Shown piece after piece: positions 1 to 13,824 of a stretch of 64,000 nt of DNA; position 1 is the stretch's first letter; every line of letters begins with the position of its first letter. Location: NCBI GenBank assembly GCA_951406725.2, contig OX597821.1, positions 86,986,001-87,050,000 on the forward strand. The letters run 5' to 3'. The position numbers were made by a program, and so were the translations under genes. Below the pieces are notes generated by a model that was given only the letters and a program-made list of their open reading frames with translations, did no database searches and was not told the DNA's origin. This stretch comes from Octopus vulgaris (Eukaryota).

Positions 1-372
1 GATAGTGGAGGTACCACTTTTAATTTCAACACACAATCTCAGATCATGAAAAGGAAAGCTGTGTAAAGAAGTACTGACCTCTAACTGTGGAGGTAACCTG
101 CGAAGAAAATATCTTGGATAAGAAAATATCCACTGTCCATGTCGATTCCTCTTAGACTTATGGTCTCAATCAACCAAAATATTTCAGTAGAGATTTTATA
201 GACTGTGCCTAGTTTCCTTTCACTTAATTTAAATTCAGTCTCTGTTTATTCTGTTCCAAATCAATTATAGACTTCAGAAGGCATAACACCTTTAACACCT
301 GGTGATCAGGTGGTTCTAACTTTGAGCATTGCTACAAAGATTGTATTATGCTTATAGGCAATAAACTTAACT

Positions 373-775
373 TACTCTTTTACTTGTTTCAGCCATTTGA
401 CTGCGGCCATGCTGGAGCACCACCTTTAGTCGAGCAAATCGACCCCGGGACTTATTCTTTGTAATCCCAGTACTTATTCTATCGGTCTCTTTTGCCGAAC
501 CGCTATGTGACGGGGACGTAAACACACCAGCATCGGTTGTCAAGCAATGCTAGAGGGACAAACACACACACAAACATATACATACACACACTTATATATA
601 TATACATATATACGACAGGCTTCTTTCAGTTTCCGTCTACCAAATCCATTCACAAGGCATTGGTCGGCCCGAGGCTATAGCAGAAGACACTTGTCCAAGA
701 TGCCACGCAGTGGGACTGAACCTGGAACCATGTGGTTGGTAGGCAAGCTACTTACCACACAGCCACTCCTGCGCT
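373..775 (-). mobile_element. tRNA-derived SINE, family A (full length)
   Basis: Reverse complement of the recurring unit GGCGCAGGAGTGGCTGTGTGGTAAG...GGTTCAGTCCC (A/B box-like)...internal (TA/TG)n...GGTGCTCCAGCATGGCCGCAGTCAAATGACTGAAACAAGTAAAAGAG. More than 15 copies in the window. Confidence 0.9.
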
Positions 776-1036
776 TATCTCAGTTTATTTAGTTAAACAT
801 ATGTATTAATCATAAACTTATAGTTGAGTAATTATTGTCAAGAAGTGGAAACTATCTAATTCTAAAATGCTCGTTCGAACAATTCCTTAGAATGAAATCT
901 TGAAATGTTGAAAATCCACTCCACTTTGTATGATTGCATGTAATATTTGGGTATTTAAACATCAAGTAAATTAAAAGAGAAAATGGGAAAATGATAGTAC
1001 AGATGGAAGAGAGAATGAAGTGACATATTTACTGAC

Positions 1037-1094
1037 CTTTAATCTGGAGAATAACTCCAAAAACAATAAAACACACAGGCTGCCAGAAAATCAT
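1037..1094 (-). CDS. Probable first coding exon (exon 1037-1150) of a secreted or membrane protein; signal-peptide-like MIFWQPVCFIVFGVILQIK(G)
   Basis: Minus strand: strong acceptor CTTTTTCTCCTTTATTCTTGTTTCAACAG before 1150, in-frame TGA upstream, AAAATG start at 1094, hydrophobic 19 aa, then phase-1 donor AAG|GTCAGT at 1037/1036. The rest of the gene would lie to the left. Confidence 0.6.
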
Positions 1095-1554
1095 TTTCAG
1101 GCAGTCCAAAACTAATGTTATCGTCCACCGATGAGCATCTCAGAAAGTATCTGTTGAAACAAGAATAAAGGAGAAAAAGGTAAGTGTTGATGAAGATAAA
1201 AGCCATTTTTTTAAAGTAAAAATATTGAAATATAACTACATACATTTATAACAGCATTAGTGAAAGGAGTCACCGAGGGAGATACTCGGCAAAATATAGT
1301 GGAAATAACATTTTCATACAAGAAATGCCTTAATTTTTACTTGAAATCTTAGCATTTCTCATCTAGGATTTCTTTTTAAAGCATTTCTTTCTTATCCATT
1401 TCTTACAACTCTAATTGCCATAGCTAATCCAACAAGTATATTGACACAGTCAAACGAACTAAGCATCGTCAACATATTCCAAGTGCTCTATAACTTAGAG
1501 TATGCTTCTTTTTCGGATTCATGATTTACTGACAATACACAAACACATACACAC

Positions 1555-1585
<31 letters not shown>

Positions 1586-3664
1586 CTATGTATTATGCTT
1601 GATGTATATACATATTGATCGGCAAGTTGCTGCAGTATTTTTCCTGAGATAACAACTCTTATAGACTTGCTCTGTTAAAAACACAAAAAAATATCAGACA
1701 GATGAAAATTCATCCCAGCAGCTGCCATTAAGAGCACTTGATGCATTTTTGTTCTTTACAGTGGAATGTACACACAGCCAGTCAAATGCTTGGATAAGAA
1801 TTCATTGACACTGATACAGGAAAGAGTGAGTGAAACATTTACTGATGTTGCAAATAGCCTTCTCTCTGAATAAAAATCTGGTATGCACATCAAGGAATTT
1901 CATTTTATTTAAAATAACCATCTACGTACCATAGTAATTGTATACACAGTTGATATACTGCAGTAACTGATCTATTGAGAGTGGGTATACATTAAGTATG
2001 ATACATAGGTGGTTATTTTAACCAAACACTGACTCAGTTGCATATAGTGGATATAGAAAAATCCTGAATGATTAAATATTGGCTGTGATGGTGTGGTGGA
2101 TTTAAGATCAAACCTTAATAACAAACGAATTTGTACCAATTAGGCACGAAAACAATTAAGACTATGCTTCACTGAAGAGATCTGATAAGAATAAAAAGAG
2201 TTGCCACCATACCAACAAAAGTTTAGACTTCTTCCCCACTCCATTTAATTTTTATTACATTTGAATTTTAGAGTTTTTCTCTCTTGCCTTTGACAAAAAT
2301 TGCCATTAATTCTAGCAAAGGATTTTTCTTTTCAATCCAAGTGCAATTGTAAATTGATTTAATTTTTGTTTTTTACTCATTACTTTAAGTATATGTTCTT
2401 CATGCAGAAGGCATACAAGGAAATTTTCCCATGACATTAGACAGTACTCATTTTATATTGACTAGTGAAATAAATATAAAAGCATCCAACAATAAAAATA
2501 CTTTAACAAAACTTACAGAGGCAGTGAGCCTTAAGTGCTGACTGTATAGGCATGAATTCAATTACTGCAATTATTGTAGTGTAGTAACCCTATGTAAGGT
2601 CTATTACTCTGTTTCACTTCTATATCTAGCTAATAGAAAAACAGTGCGTCACTCCCACTCCATCATTGTAAGTTTAGGTCATCCGTTATAGAGAATTTAT
2701 ACATCACATCTACAAATATCCAAATTACCAATATAATTACATGTGTAAATATCCAAATTTTCTGCTAGGAATCATGACCAACAGATAGCATCAGCAATGG
2801 GGGTGGGGACGACTCAATGGAAACACAGTGTCCTTCATACAGTTGGAAGATTGGCTGCCACTACACAGCCAACCATCATCCTACTCAATTCTAACCACAA
2901 AAAATAGAATTAGCACAGTTCAAATAAATAAAAGCACAATAAGAAATACCCAGATTTAAAACAGCACTACAAAGGTCTATTTGTAGTGTTTTTGGTTTTT
3001 TTTTTTTGTTGTTTTTGTTATTTTATACATATTCTGGGATTTTGACAAACAGTTAAATTTCTAGTCTTTTGACAGCTAGAATTTCAACATATCAAATTTT
3101 AGTTAAACAAAAATAACTAAAACCTTCCATTTATATTATTTGTTTGTTATTTGCTTTTCTTTGGTTATATTAACTGTGTCATATATTTTGCTGTAATTTC
3201 CAGAGTGAACAAACTATAAATCATGAAACAGATTTTAAAACAATTGTTCTCTCAATTTCATGTTAGTTTTATTTAATAAATAAAATTACGCATGTGGGAA
3301 GATGTTGTGACGACATTAGCAATCTTAGTGCATTGGGGTTAGAAGGGAGATGATACTAGGCTTTGAAACAGTCTATGCTGAATATCAAAAAGTATATGCT
3401 ACATATTTAAAACAATAGTAAAACTGGTAATAGCAATAGAAGTATTAGTCATACTTCCTGGAGACAGCATCATCATCATCATCATTAGCTTATTGAAGTC
3501 CACTTTCCCATGTTTGCATGAGTTAGATGAAATTCATTGAGAGACATTTTACGGCCAGATGGCCTTCCTGTTGCCAACCTACACTTGTTTTTAAGCAAAG
3601 TAATATTTCTCCTAATCTTCCAAACTTAAACATGTGTGTGTTCAAAGCAATATATATGTGCCAC

Positions 3665-3850
3665 ATTGGTGCTGATGCCATGTAAAAAGCACTTAGTCCA
3701 CTCTGTAAAGTGGTTGGCATTAGGAAGGGTATCCAGCCGTAAAAACCATGCCAAAGCTAATAGTGGAGCCTGATACAGTTTTCTGGCTTGCCAGCGCCTG
3801 TCAAATCATCCAGCCCACTGCAGCATGGAAAACGGTTGTTAAATGATGTG
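3665..3850 (+). mobile_element. RTE-tail type short repeat (family E), diverged
   Basis: GTGGTTGGCATTAGGAAGGGTATCCAGCCGTAAAA...GCATGGAAAACGGTTGTTAAATGATG matches the 45590-45955 copy. Confidence 0.7.
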
Positions 3851-3982
3851 ATAAGGATTATAATATAGAATGTATATTGGTTCTGTATTAACCTGGATTA
3901 TGAATTAAAGTTCGTCTACATCTACAATTTTTCCTTTCCGGAAAGCGGACGTTAAACGATGATGATGATGATGATATATACA

Positions 3983-4140
3983 TAGGGAGAGTTTACGAAA
4001 AAAACAAAAGACGAAGACAGGTGGTGTACAAAACAAACAGATGTATTAGTATAACGCTCAGGAATAGAAAAAGTCTTTTATGTTTCGAGCCTATGCTCTT
4101 CTACCGAAAGGGACACAGAAAAAACAAGGAGAGAAACAAA
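3983..4140 (-). mobile_element. Probable Penelope-like element terminal fragment with degenerate hammerhead-like motif
   Basis: Minus strand TAGAA-GAGC-ATAG-GCTC-GAAAC (4082-4103) within T-rich sequence bounded by microsatellites. Confidence 0.45.
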
Positions 4141-5082
4141 GCTATATATATAGCCAGAGTTATGAAAATCTAGAAATTTCGAGAGATGAAATAAGTTGTT
4201 TTAACACTGCAGCTTGAAGTAGAAAAAGCTACAAATACTAGCGTGTAAAATCTTGGGCTAAAAACACCACTTGAATGGGAAAAAGTGTTAGTGCGTGTGC
4301 GGATGCATGCATGCGATGAGCTTCTTTCAGTTTCCATCTACTGAATCCACTCAGAAGGCTTCAAATAGTCTTACGCTGTAGAAGATAGATATAGTACCAT
4401 GGAACTGAACCTAGAGTTATAGAGCAGTGAAGCAAACTTTTTAACCACCCATACAACTATATGTCTCTATAGTTATGAAGATGGTGTACAAGTTTACGAT
4501 AAAAGCACTGCTCAACAAGTTATAAATGCTAAGATGTCCAGCCTATAGCCTGAATTGATAATTTCATGTTCAAACATTATCAGTGTTTTAATTTACATTT
4601 GATCCTTTTGTCATTCTTAAAACAACTTATAAATGAAGTCAACAAAACTTTCCTTTATTAAAAAAACAAAAAAAAAAACTGGCTCTGTGCCTCAGTCAAA
4701 TAAATCCATTGTGAATGCCAGATAAGATGGTGAATTTGGCATGGAGGGTCTCAAGTTTCAGCTCTTACCCTGAGGGTCAGCAATACATTTACATGCATCT
4801 AGGTCAAAGGTCAACAGAATAAGTAACCAAGCAGTATAAAACATACCATGGTAGTGTTGCAATAAAATATATATATATATATATATATATAGGACAATGT
4901 TGAAGTAAAACTGAGATGAAAGTTATTCATTAAACTGGAAGCACCAACTGGTGCACAACAACAAAAGCAAGATAAAAGCTGCTAACAGCTCTACAGTTCC
5001 ATGCATCTGTGAAACTACGCCTTAGTCTTCTAAGTTAGTGAAGGTAATTAGCTCTTCACTGTGATAACAGTAGTTGAACAAA

Positions 5083-5408
5083 GTGTGTGTGTGTGTGTGT
5101 GTGGTGGTGGTGGGGGGAGGCGAAGAATAGTGGTTGATGTTGGAAATGTGGTGGAGGAGAGAGACGGTGATACAAAGAGAAAGACAAACAGACAGACAGA
5201 TATATACACACAGAGAAAGAGACAGAGAGGTAGAAATGATAAGGAGAGTAAGGTATGGAAGAGAGGCATGGCTTGTGGAGAGAAATAAAGATGGTGGGGA
5301 GAGGGGTAAAGAAAGAGTTAAAAGGTGGTGGGTGAGGGAGGTGAAGGGGAGAGGTAAAGATGTGAGAGAGAGGGGGGTAAAGGTGGCAGAAAGAGAGAGA
5401 GGGGATTG

Positions 5409-5442
<34 letters not shown>

Positions 5443-5630
5443 AGTTAGGAAGCAGAGAAAGAGAGTTAAGAATAGTGGGGAGAGAGGGTGAAGGAAGAGA
5501 AGATAAAAAGTGAATTTGGGAAAAAGGTGAGAAGTTAATATGAGAGATGCTAAGAAAGACAAAGAGAACGAGAGTATCTAGAAGGAATGAGAGATAGAGA
5601 GAGAGAAAGAGAGTGAGTGTATGGAGAAGG
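5083..5630. repeat. (GT)n plus long GA-rich low-complexity tract
   Basis: Direct inspection. Confidence 0.9.
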
Positions 5631-6146
5631 AAAAGCGAAATGCTTGCCTCAGATATTTTAGTCATAACTTTCATGTCCTAAGTAGGCGTTACATCTCACT
5701 CGAGATTACATTTACAGTTTCATCTTGAGAAGTTAACAAGACAATTTTATAGCTGGATTAACACCAAGTATAACAGTCCACCTAACGGCAGGAATTTTTT
5801 TCTCTTTTTACTTTTCTTTTTGAAGCAGAAGAAAACTGCGGTGGTGGCCATGACCCTCACACGGGGCATTAGCAACGTGTAAGTGAAATTGAAACCAAGT
5901 CACACTTGACTTCTCCAGAATCCACTACTGGATTAAAGATAATGATGAAGATGATTGATTCTCACAGAGGCATGAAGTTAATGCCTCTGTATATATATGG
6001 GAAGGTGTTCTTGTATTTCCCAAAAGTCAGCAGAAAGCTGGGGTAAGATGGCTACAACAGGAAATTAATACCAAGCTGTGGAATCAGTTTGCTGGGAACT
6101 TCTATGTTTATCTGTATTAATAATTGTTAATATTTCTAACATTGCT

Positions 6147-6800
6147 AAGGTGGCGAGCTGGCAGAAATGTTAGCGTACAGTGTAAAATGCTTAGCGGTAT
6201 TTCGTCTGTCTTTACATTCTGAGTTCAAATTTTGCCGAGGTCGACTTTGCCTTTCCTCCTTTCGGGGTCGATTAAATAAGTACTAGTTACGCACTGGAGT
6301 CAATATAATCGACTTAATCCGTTTGTCTATTCTTGTTTGTCCCCTCTATTTTTAGCCCCTTGTGGGCAATAAAGAAATAAGAAATGTTAGTACACTGTGC
6401 AAAATGCTTAGCAGTATCTCATCTATCTTCATGTCCTGAGTTCAAATTCTGCTGAGGTTGACTTTGCCTTTCATCCTTTCAGGATTGGTAAAATAAGTCC
6501 CAGTTAAGCACTGGAGTCAATATAACCGACTCCACCAAAATTGCTGGCCTTGTGCCAAAATTTGAAACCAGTATTTCTAATATTGAAGGTGGTAAGTTGG
6601 TAGAATCGTTAGCATGCTGAGCAAAATGCTTTGCATCATTTCATTTGTCTTCATGTTTGGAGTTCAAATTCCACTGATGTTGACTTTGCCTTTCAACCTT
6701 TTGGCGGGGTCAATAAAACAAGCACCAGTTTAACACAGGTTGATGTAATTGACTTAATCCATCTCTTGAAATTGCCGGCCTTGTATCAAAATTTGAAACC
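6147..6800 (+). mobile_element. Head-to-tail cluster of tRNA-derived SINE family B (Meta/MESC-like core)
   Basis: Three consecutive copies of the GAGTTCAAAT...GACTTTGCCTTTCATCCTTTCGGGGTCGATAAA.TAAGTACCAG core. The core resembles the MetaSINE domain as recalled from the literature. Confidence 0.85.
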
Positions 6801-6967
6801 AATATTTCTAACATTGGTAGAAAGTTGCAGATTTTGAGCAAACAAAAAAGCAGAGTTGATTTACTAGGATTTGAACAAAGAGCATAAAGAAACATAACTA
6901 AATACTGAACATAATTTAGTCCAGCACTACTATCTATGTCACCCCACCAGCTTGATAACAATGACAT

Positions 6968-7342
6968 AAAGTAGCTTGCTTACCAACCACATGGTTTCAA
7001 GTTCAATCCCACTGCATGGCACTTTGGGCAAGTGTCTTCTACTTTAGCCTTAGGCTGACCAACTGAAAGAAGGCCATCGTATATATGTATGTATATATAA
7101 ATATTTGTATGTGTGTGTATATGTTTATGCATCTGTGTGTCCCCCTCCCAACATCGCTTGACATCTGATGGTGGTGTGTTTACGTCCCCGTAACTTAGTG
7201 GTTCAGAAAAAGAGACCGATAAAATAAGTACTAGGCTTCCAAAGAATAAGTCCTAGGGTTGATTTGCTCAACTAAAGGTGGTGCTCCAGCATGGCTGCAG
7301 TCAAATGACTGAAACAAGTAAAAGAGAAAAGAGTAAAGAGAG
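6968..7342 (+). mobile_element. SINE family A, 5'-truncated
   Basis: Family A body and GTAAAAGAG tail. Confidence 0.85.
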
Positions 7343-7908
7343 TGCTGTATAAGTAATTATATCAACCCAGAATAAGACCAGAACTAAATCTTTTGTCTCT
7401 GGAGTGGCATAATCAATTTTTCAAGCGGAATTTGAAATCAGAATGCAAAAGAATGTAATTAAATGCAAGGAATTTAGCCTGGAACAATACCATCTCTGTC
7501 ACACACTCCAATAACAAATAATGTTATGTTTCATATATATTGAGGTGTTTGGTCACATCTTTTTGTGTTCTAAGCTCAAATCTTGCATATGTTCATTTTA
7601 ACCATTTTTTCTTTTTTCTCTTTACTTCTGAGGCTGATAAAAAGAATATGGGGATTAGTGCCTTTGGAGTTTGTTGGATCCTTTTGTGCCTATAAAAGAG
7701 TCTGCAGTTACAAGCATTCTGACTAGGTTTTCAGACTGGGAATAACTGTCCTTTTCTCCCACCTGGCTAATAAGCCTTGCAAAAGACCAGGATTCATGAC
7801 CATTGCTATTCCTCCTCTTCACCAAATCATTGAAAATGATAAAATTAAGAGAATGCGAAGTACCTAAGCTGACTCACAACAGTCTGCAGTTTATCTATAA
7901 CTCACTAC

Positions 7909-8178
7909 ATCATCATCATCATCATCATCGTTTAACGTCCGTTTTCCATTCTAGCATGGGTTGGACGGTTCAACTGGGGTCTGGGAAGCCCGAAGGCTGC
8001 ACCAGGCCAGTCAGATCTGGCAGTGTTTCTACAGCTGGATGCCCTTCCTAACGCCAACCACTCCGTGAGTGTAGTGGGTGCTTTTTTATGTGCCACCGAC
8101 ACAGGTGCCAGACGAGGCTGGCGAACGGCCACGCTTGGATGGTGTTTTTGTTTTTTATGTGCCACCGACACAGGTGCC
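7909..8178 (-). mobile_element. RTE-tail type short repeat (family E)
   Basis: (CAT)n-CGTTTAACGTCCGTTTTCCAT...GGATGCCCTTCCTAACGCCAACCACTCC, the reverse complement of the 45590-45955 copy. Confidence 0.85.
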
Positions 8179-8840
8179 TTTTAAAAATCTTCAAGGCATG
8201 AGCACGAAATTCTGAGCATTAACTGCTTTCTTTGATGTTCTCGTATATCTAGGCGGAATGGCTACAATCAGGATAAAAACCAGACTGCTTGACCTACTGA
8301 TTTCTTTTCAAACTGACCTTTAATATACAACATACTTTTAATGTACACAAGTCATCATGTTTTATATGTAAGAAACAGAAGCAGTGAGTTGGCAGAATGG
8401 TTAGAAAGCTTAGTCAACCCCAGTAGAATTTGAATTCAGAACAAAGATGGACAAAATGTTGCTTTGCTTTTCATCCTTTCGGTGGGGCCAAATACTTGGG
8501 TTGATGCAATCAATTTCTCCCTCCCCTTAACAACTGCCAGCTCTGTGCTCAAATCTGAATTCATTATATACGAGACAAAGAATATATTTTTTTTTTTACA
8601 GAGGCATGCCATCAGAGATTGGTATGTGAGTGGGTGGGTAAAGTTTATCACTGAGCTTATCTAAAAGCATTTAGGGATGGAAACAAAATACTTCAGTTTG
8701 AAAGAAAATCTGAGGCCATAGAAAAGCACTGGACACACACAGACACATACCATTTTTCAAACTATGTCAAACTTGAAAAGCTTTGAATTGAAGAGAAAAA
8801 TAACAAATTTAATTATATATATTTCTCTCTCTCTCTCTCT

Positions 8841-8873
<33 letters not shown>

Positions 8874-10074
8874 TATGTATATGTATTTGAAAAAAACAAA
8901 ATTCCCCTGTGTCACATGACAGTAGTTTGTATGCAAATTTATGACTAAAGTCTAACAAACTAGTTTTTTATTTTATTTTATTTTTTTTATAAAGAATTTG
9001 AGTGCTTTGTTGTTAGGAACAACTGTGTATGAACTTCTGTGTAATCATATGGCTGGCTTAACACAATAGTAAAATCTCCCTCAACAACGAAGTTTTAACT
9101 CAGGAGAGAAGAATTTTTTGCTTATTGTCCAGTTTGAAACAATCTACTCATGAAATCTTTAAAAAACCCATATGGACAGAAAAAAAAAATGGGTTGGTGG
9201 TTTGAGCCACAACACCAAAGCAACTGTTTGATATAATTTACATACCTATGAATTTATGTTTTTTTTATTCATTTTTATGTTTTTCAGTTCACAGGTTCTT
9301 ATGCACTTGCAATTTGTTTCTGCAACTAAAAGACCTCCCTACTTTTGTTTCAGGATATTATCATCACCATCATCATCATCATCATCATCAATGTCCCTTT
9401 CTTATGATTGAATGGGTCAGCCTGAACTCAAAGAGTTAAGTTGGATACTCCTTCTGATGTCAACCTTCACTGGTTTCTACACAAAGGAATATTTCACCAT
9501 TGTTTACAGTCATCAAGATGGCAAACTGGCAGAATTGTAAAACTTGACCCATACTTTATTTAATCCTGGAATGGCGAAAAGCAATGCTGACCTTGGTAGG
9601 ATTTGAACTCAGAACTTAAACACAACTAAACACTGCAAAGATATTTTGTTTAATCTGTTTAATCCTGAACCAATAATGAAGCTTCTACATGCATGGTTTC
9701 TTAATCTGCTAAAAAGAGGAGTGAAATCTCCCTCAAATCACATCTACCAGTTTGGTTTTTTTTTCAAGTACACCTGTAGGTATGGCTATGTGACCAAGAA
9801 GATCACTCTGCAACCAAATGGCTAAAGGTTCAGTCCCACTGTGTGGTAATTTGGGCTGATTAATGCCTTGTGAATAAATTAGGTAGATGGAAACTGTAAG
9901 ATGTGTGTTGTATATTTATCAATGTGTGTGTGTGTGTGTGTGTGTGTGGTATGTACATGTGTGTGTCTGTGTTTGTTCTCACCACTGTGTTTGTTCTCAG
10001 TATTGGTTTGTTTACATCCTCATAACTTAGTGGCTTAGCAGAAGGGTTCAACAGAAAAAAATAGCACACCTAGC

Positions 10075-10362
10075 CTCCTTTTGGTCATGAATGACCATGG
10101 GATTGCACCTAGAAAGTTACTTTCCAAGGCACAAGTCTGGGCAAAGTTGTTTATGGATGACCAGCAGTTGTCCATGCATGCCAGTTGCCCCTCTCCATGC
10201 CACCGATGTTATCCAAGGGAAAAGCAAAGGCCGATACAGCTTGGCACCAGTGACATCACAACTCATTTCTACAGATGAGTGAACTGGAGCAACATGAAAT
10301 AAAGGGTCTTGCTCAAGAACACAACACACAGTCCAGTCCAGGAATCAAACTCACTACTTCGT
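10075..10362 (-). mobile_element. tRNA-derived SINE family D inserted into an old family A copy (9775-10460)
   Basis: Reverse complement matches 22870-23211. Family A sequence resumes at about 10368. Confidence 0.8.
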
Positions 10363-10632
10363 TATTGTAAGTACCGGGGTCAATTCATTCAACTAAACCC
10401 TTCAGGGCTGTGACCCCGTATCAGTGTGGTTCAATAACTGAAACAAGTGAAAGATAAAAGATACACATCGGAAAATCGAAAAATGAAACCTTTAGGACTG
10501 AAAAGCATTTAACCATAGGTTTGTTCAATGAAATCTGACCTGGGGCTATACACGAACAACATACTATTAATTCCACTTCAAGACTTCTAAATTGTAGCTC
10601 ATAAGTAAAAAAAAAAAAATATGTGAAGATAT

Positions 10633-11045
10633 GCGCAGGAGTGGCTGTGTGGTAAGTAGCTTGTTTACCAACCACATGGTTTCAGGTTCAGTCCCACTGC
10701 GTGGTATCTTGGGCAAGCGTCTTCTGCTATAGCCCCGGGCCGACCAAAGCCTTGTGAGTGGATTTGGTAGACGGAAACTGAAAGAAGCCTGTCGTATATA
10801 TGTATATATATATATAAGTGTGTGTGTATATGTTTGTGTGTCTGTGTTTGTCCCCCTAGCATTGCTTGACAACCGATGCTGGTGTGTTTATGTCCCCGTT
10901 ATTTAGCGGTTCGGCAAAAGAGGCCGATAGAATAAGTACTGGGCTTATAAAGAATAAGTCCCGGAGTCGAGTTGCTCGATTAAAGGCGGTGCTCCAGCAT
11001 GGCCGCAGTCAAATGACTGAAACAAGTAAAAGAGTAAAAGAGAGT
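10633..11045 (+). mobile_element. SINE family A (full length)
   Basis: Complete head, body and tail. Confidence 0.9.
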
Positions 11046-11457
11046 ACATTGTAATTGAGAATTGTCAAGTGCCTCAATCTATTCAGGGAACACTGAATAT
11101 TTAAATTACTATCAGTAGATAATTTATAATTTTATGTAAGTGTTAGGAAAAGCATCCAACTGAAGAAACCATGCCAAAGCAGACACTGGAGCATGGTACA
11201 GTCCCCAGGCTCATCAGTTCCAGCAGAACCATCCAACCCATGCCAGTATGGAAGAAAAAAAGAGATTAACTGAGTTTTCTTTTTCTCTCTTAGGTTTTGT
11301 CTGTTGGTCTGTATGTCTGTTTTGCCTTTCAGGTTGAGAGAGAAGTGATCACATTGAGGAATGGTAATCTGGTAATATTATAGCTCTCTCTCTCTGGTTT
11401 CTAGGTAAATGATAATGTTGAGAGAGAGACAGAGAGAGAGGTGGAAGAGTGTACAAG

Positions 11458-11750
11458 AGAGTGAGACAGAGAGAGATAGAAAGTGAGAGACAGAGAGAGA
11501 TAGAGAGTGAGAGACAGAGAGAGATAGAGAGTGAGAGACAGAGAGAGATAGAAAGTGAGAGACAGAGAGAGATAGAAGGAGAGAGATAGAAGGTGAGAGA
11601 CAGAGAGAGATAGAAGGTGAGAGACAGAGAGAGATAGAAAGTGAGAGACAGAGAGAGATAGAAAGTGAGAGACAGAGAGAGATAGAAAGTGAGAGACAGA
11701 GAGAGATAGAAAGTGAGAGACAGAGAGAGATAGAAAGTGAAAGACAGAGA
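11458..11750. repeat. 24-bp minisatellite (GTGAGAGACAGAGAGAGATAGAAA)n
   Basis: Tandem units visible. The 8-aa periodicity in the spurious ORFs agrees. Confidence 0.9.
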
Positions 11751-11845
11751 GAGAGAGAGTATGTAAAACAAAAAGAGATATTGAGACAGAGAGAGATAGA
11801 GAGAATGACAGTGAGACAGAGAGAGACAAAGGAGAGAGGGAGAGA

Positions 11846-11889
<44 letters not shown>

Positions 11890-12139
11890 GTGAAAATGAA
11901 GAAAACTTCTAAAGAACTAAAGTGCCACAGTTAAGTGTCTTGGGATAAAATGCAGTACCAGTTGTAGAATATGAACCAAAATCTATTTGGTTGGTCGATT
12001 CTCATCCTAATGAATCTGTGCCAGCTGAAATTCTCTTATGATGAAGAAAAAGATAATACAAAATTTATTAGATTTCCATTCACACACTTAAATATTTTTT
12101 GCTTATCACATTCTTCAGAATGAAAGAAACTTTAAACAC

Positions 12140-12175
<36 letters not shown>

Positions 12176-12249
12176 CAACTCGATATCTCATTTAATAAAC
12201 AGAAATTAAATATTAATTCACATACAATCTTTCACCGACATACATCCAT

Positions 12250-12549
12250 TCATATATATACACCCATTCATATATATATATATATATATATACACATACA
12301 TACACATAAGGAATCTTACTCATATGCATTTACAAATACATACATGTACACACATGCATATATATATATATATACACATACACATATATATATAGACACA
12401 CATGCACACATGCACATATACACATACACACAGAAATATATATACATATGTATATGAATATACATACATACATACATACAGACAGACATATACACACACA
12501 TGCATATATGAATATATATACATACAGACATGTACACATACATATATGA

Positions 12550-12588
<39 letters not shown>

Positions 12589-12620
12589 CATACAGACATG
12601 TACACATGCATATATGAATA

Positions 12621-12680
<60 letters not shown>

Positions 12681-12758
12681 AAAACACACAGACATGCATT
12701 CTATATACATATGTAGACACACACATACACACTATATACATAGACACTCATACACACA

Positions 12759-12797
<39 letters not shown>

Positions 12798-13201
12798 CAT
12801 GCACATATACACATACATGCATACACCAACACATATATACACTTGTATATATACACACACATAAGACAGTAGCAGACTGCATCATGAAGTTGTCATACAG
12901 ATTTGCTGCAGTTTTAATAGACAATACACAGAGGAGAAAAGAAGGCGTGTACAAGTAAAGAGTGGATTACAAGCAGATGTGGTGGGTGGGGTTAGCTGCA
13001 TAAAACACTAAACACATCAGCTATTTTGTTGTGTATGAATGTATGTATGCACAAAATGTGTATAAGGACGTGTGTGTGAGTTTGTAATGCAGATATATGT
13101 TATCTGCACAAACACATGTATGTATTTGCAAATATACATGCATGTGAGCAAATATTTATATATGTGTGTGTACAAATTGTGTGTATTTGTATGCAAATGC
13201 A

Positions 13202-13236
<35 letters not shown>

Positions 13237-13336
13237 GTATATGTCTGTCTGTGAAAAGTGAGGTTCATTATTTAAAAGAACAAGGATGATAATAAATTTG
13301 GTGGTGGGAGTAGAAAAAAGATTCACATTCATACAT

Positions 13337-13371
<35 letters not shown>

Positions 13372-13454
13372 CATACATACACATAAGGAATCTTACTCAT
13401 ATGCATATACAAATACATACATGTACACACATGCATATATATACATACACACAC

Positions 13455-13491
<37 letters not shown>

Positions 13492-13520
13492 TATATATAG
13501 ACACACATGCACATATACAC
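12250..13520. repeat. (TA)n/(CA)n low-complexity region
   Basis: Direct inspection; source of the Y/I/H/T-rich spurious ORFs. Confidence 0.9.
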
Positions 13521-13775
13521 ATGTGCTGAGTTTTATTTGAGAACATACTCTTTGTGGAGAATGGCGATTTGACGTCTATATCTAGCATATTGACTGTCCA
13601 CTTTTCGTGTTCGGTCCTTAATTTGTGAATATATATATATATATATACCACCCTATATCCTTACAAACATAATTGTTGTTGTTGTTGTTGACATCATGCT
13701 GTTTAAACCCCTCTTTTCTTCCATCTCACTTTGCAGATACAAATGTATGCACTGACACACACACAATGTATGTGC

Positions 13776-13824
<49 letters not shown>

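Noticed and set aside
547-792. Recurrent ORFs such as RQASFSFRLPNPLTRLWSARGYSRRHLPKVPRSGTEPGTMWLVSKLLTTQPLL
   Set aside because: Antisense translation of SINE family A; repeats wherever the SINE occurs.
5048-5674. L/S/P-rich and E/R-rich ORFs (also 11349-11848, 13653-14463, 55264-55674)
   Set aside because: GA/CT low-complexity sequence.
5829-5878. Possible plus-strand micro-exon (polypyrimidine-CAG ... GTAAGT)
   Set aside because: 50 nt, no recognisable peptide and no partner exon. Cannot be supported without transcripts.
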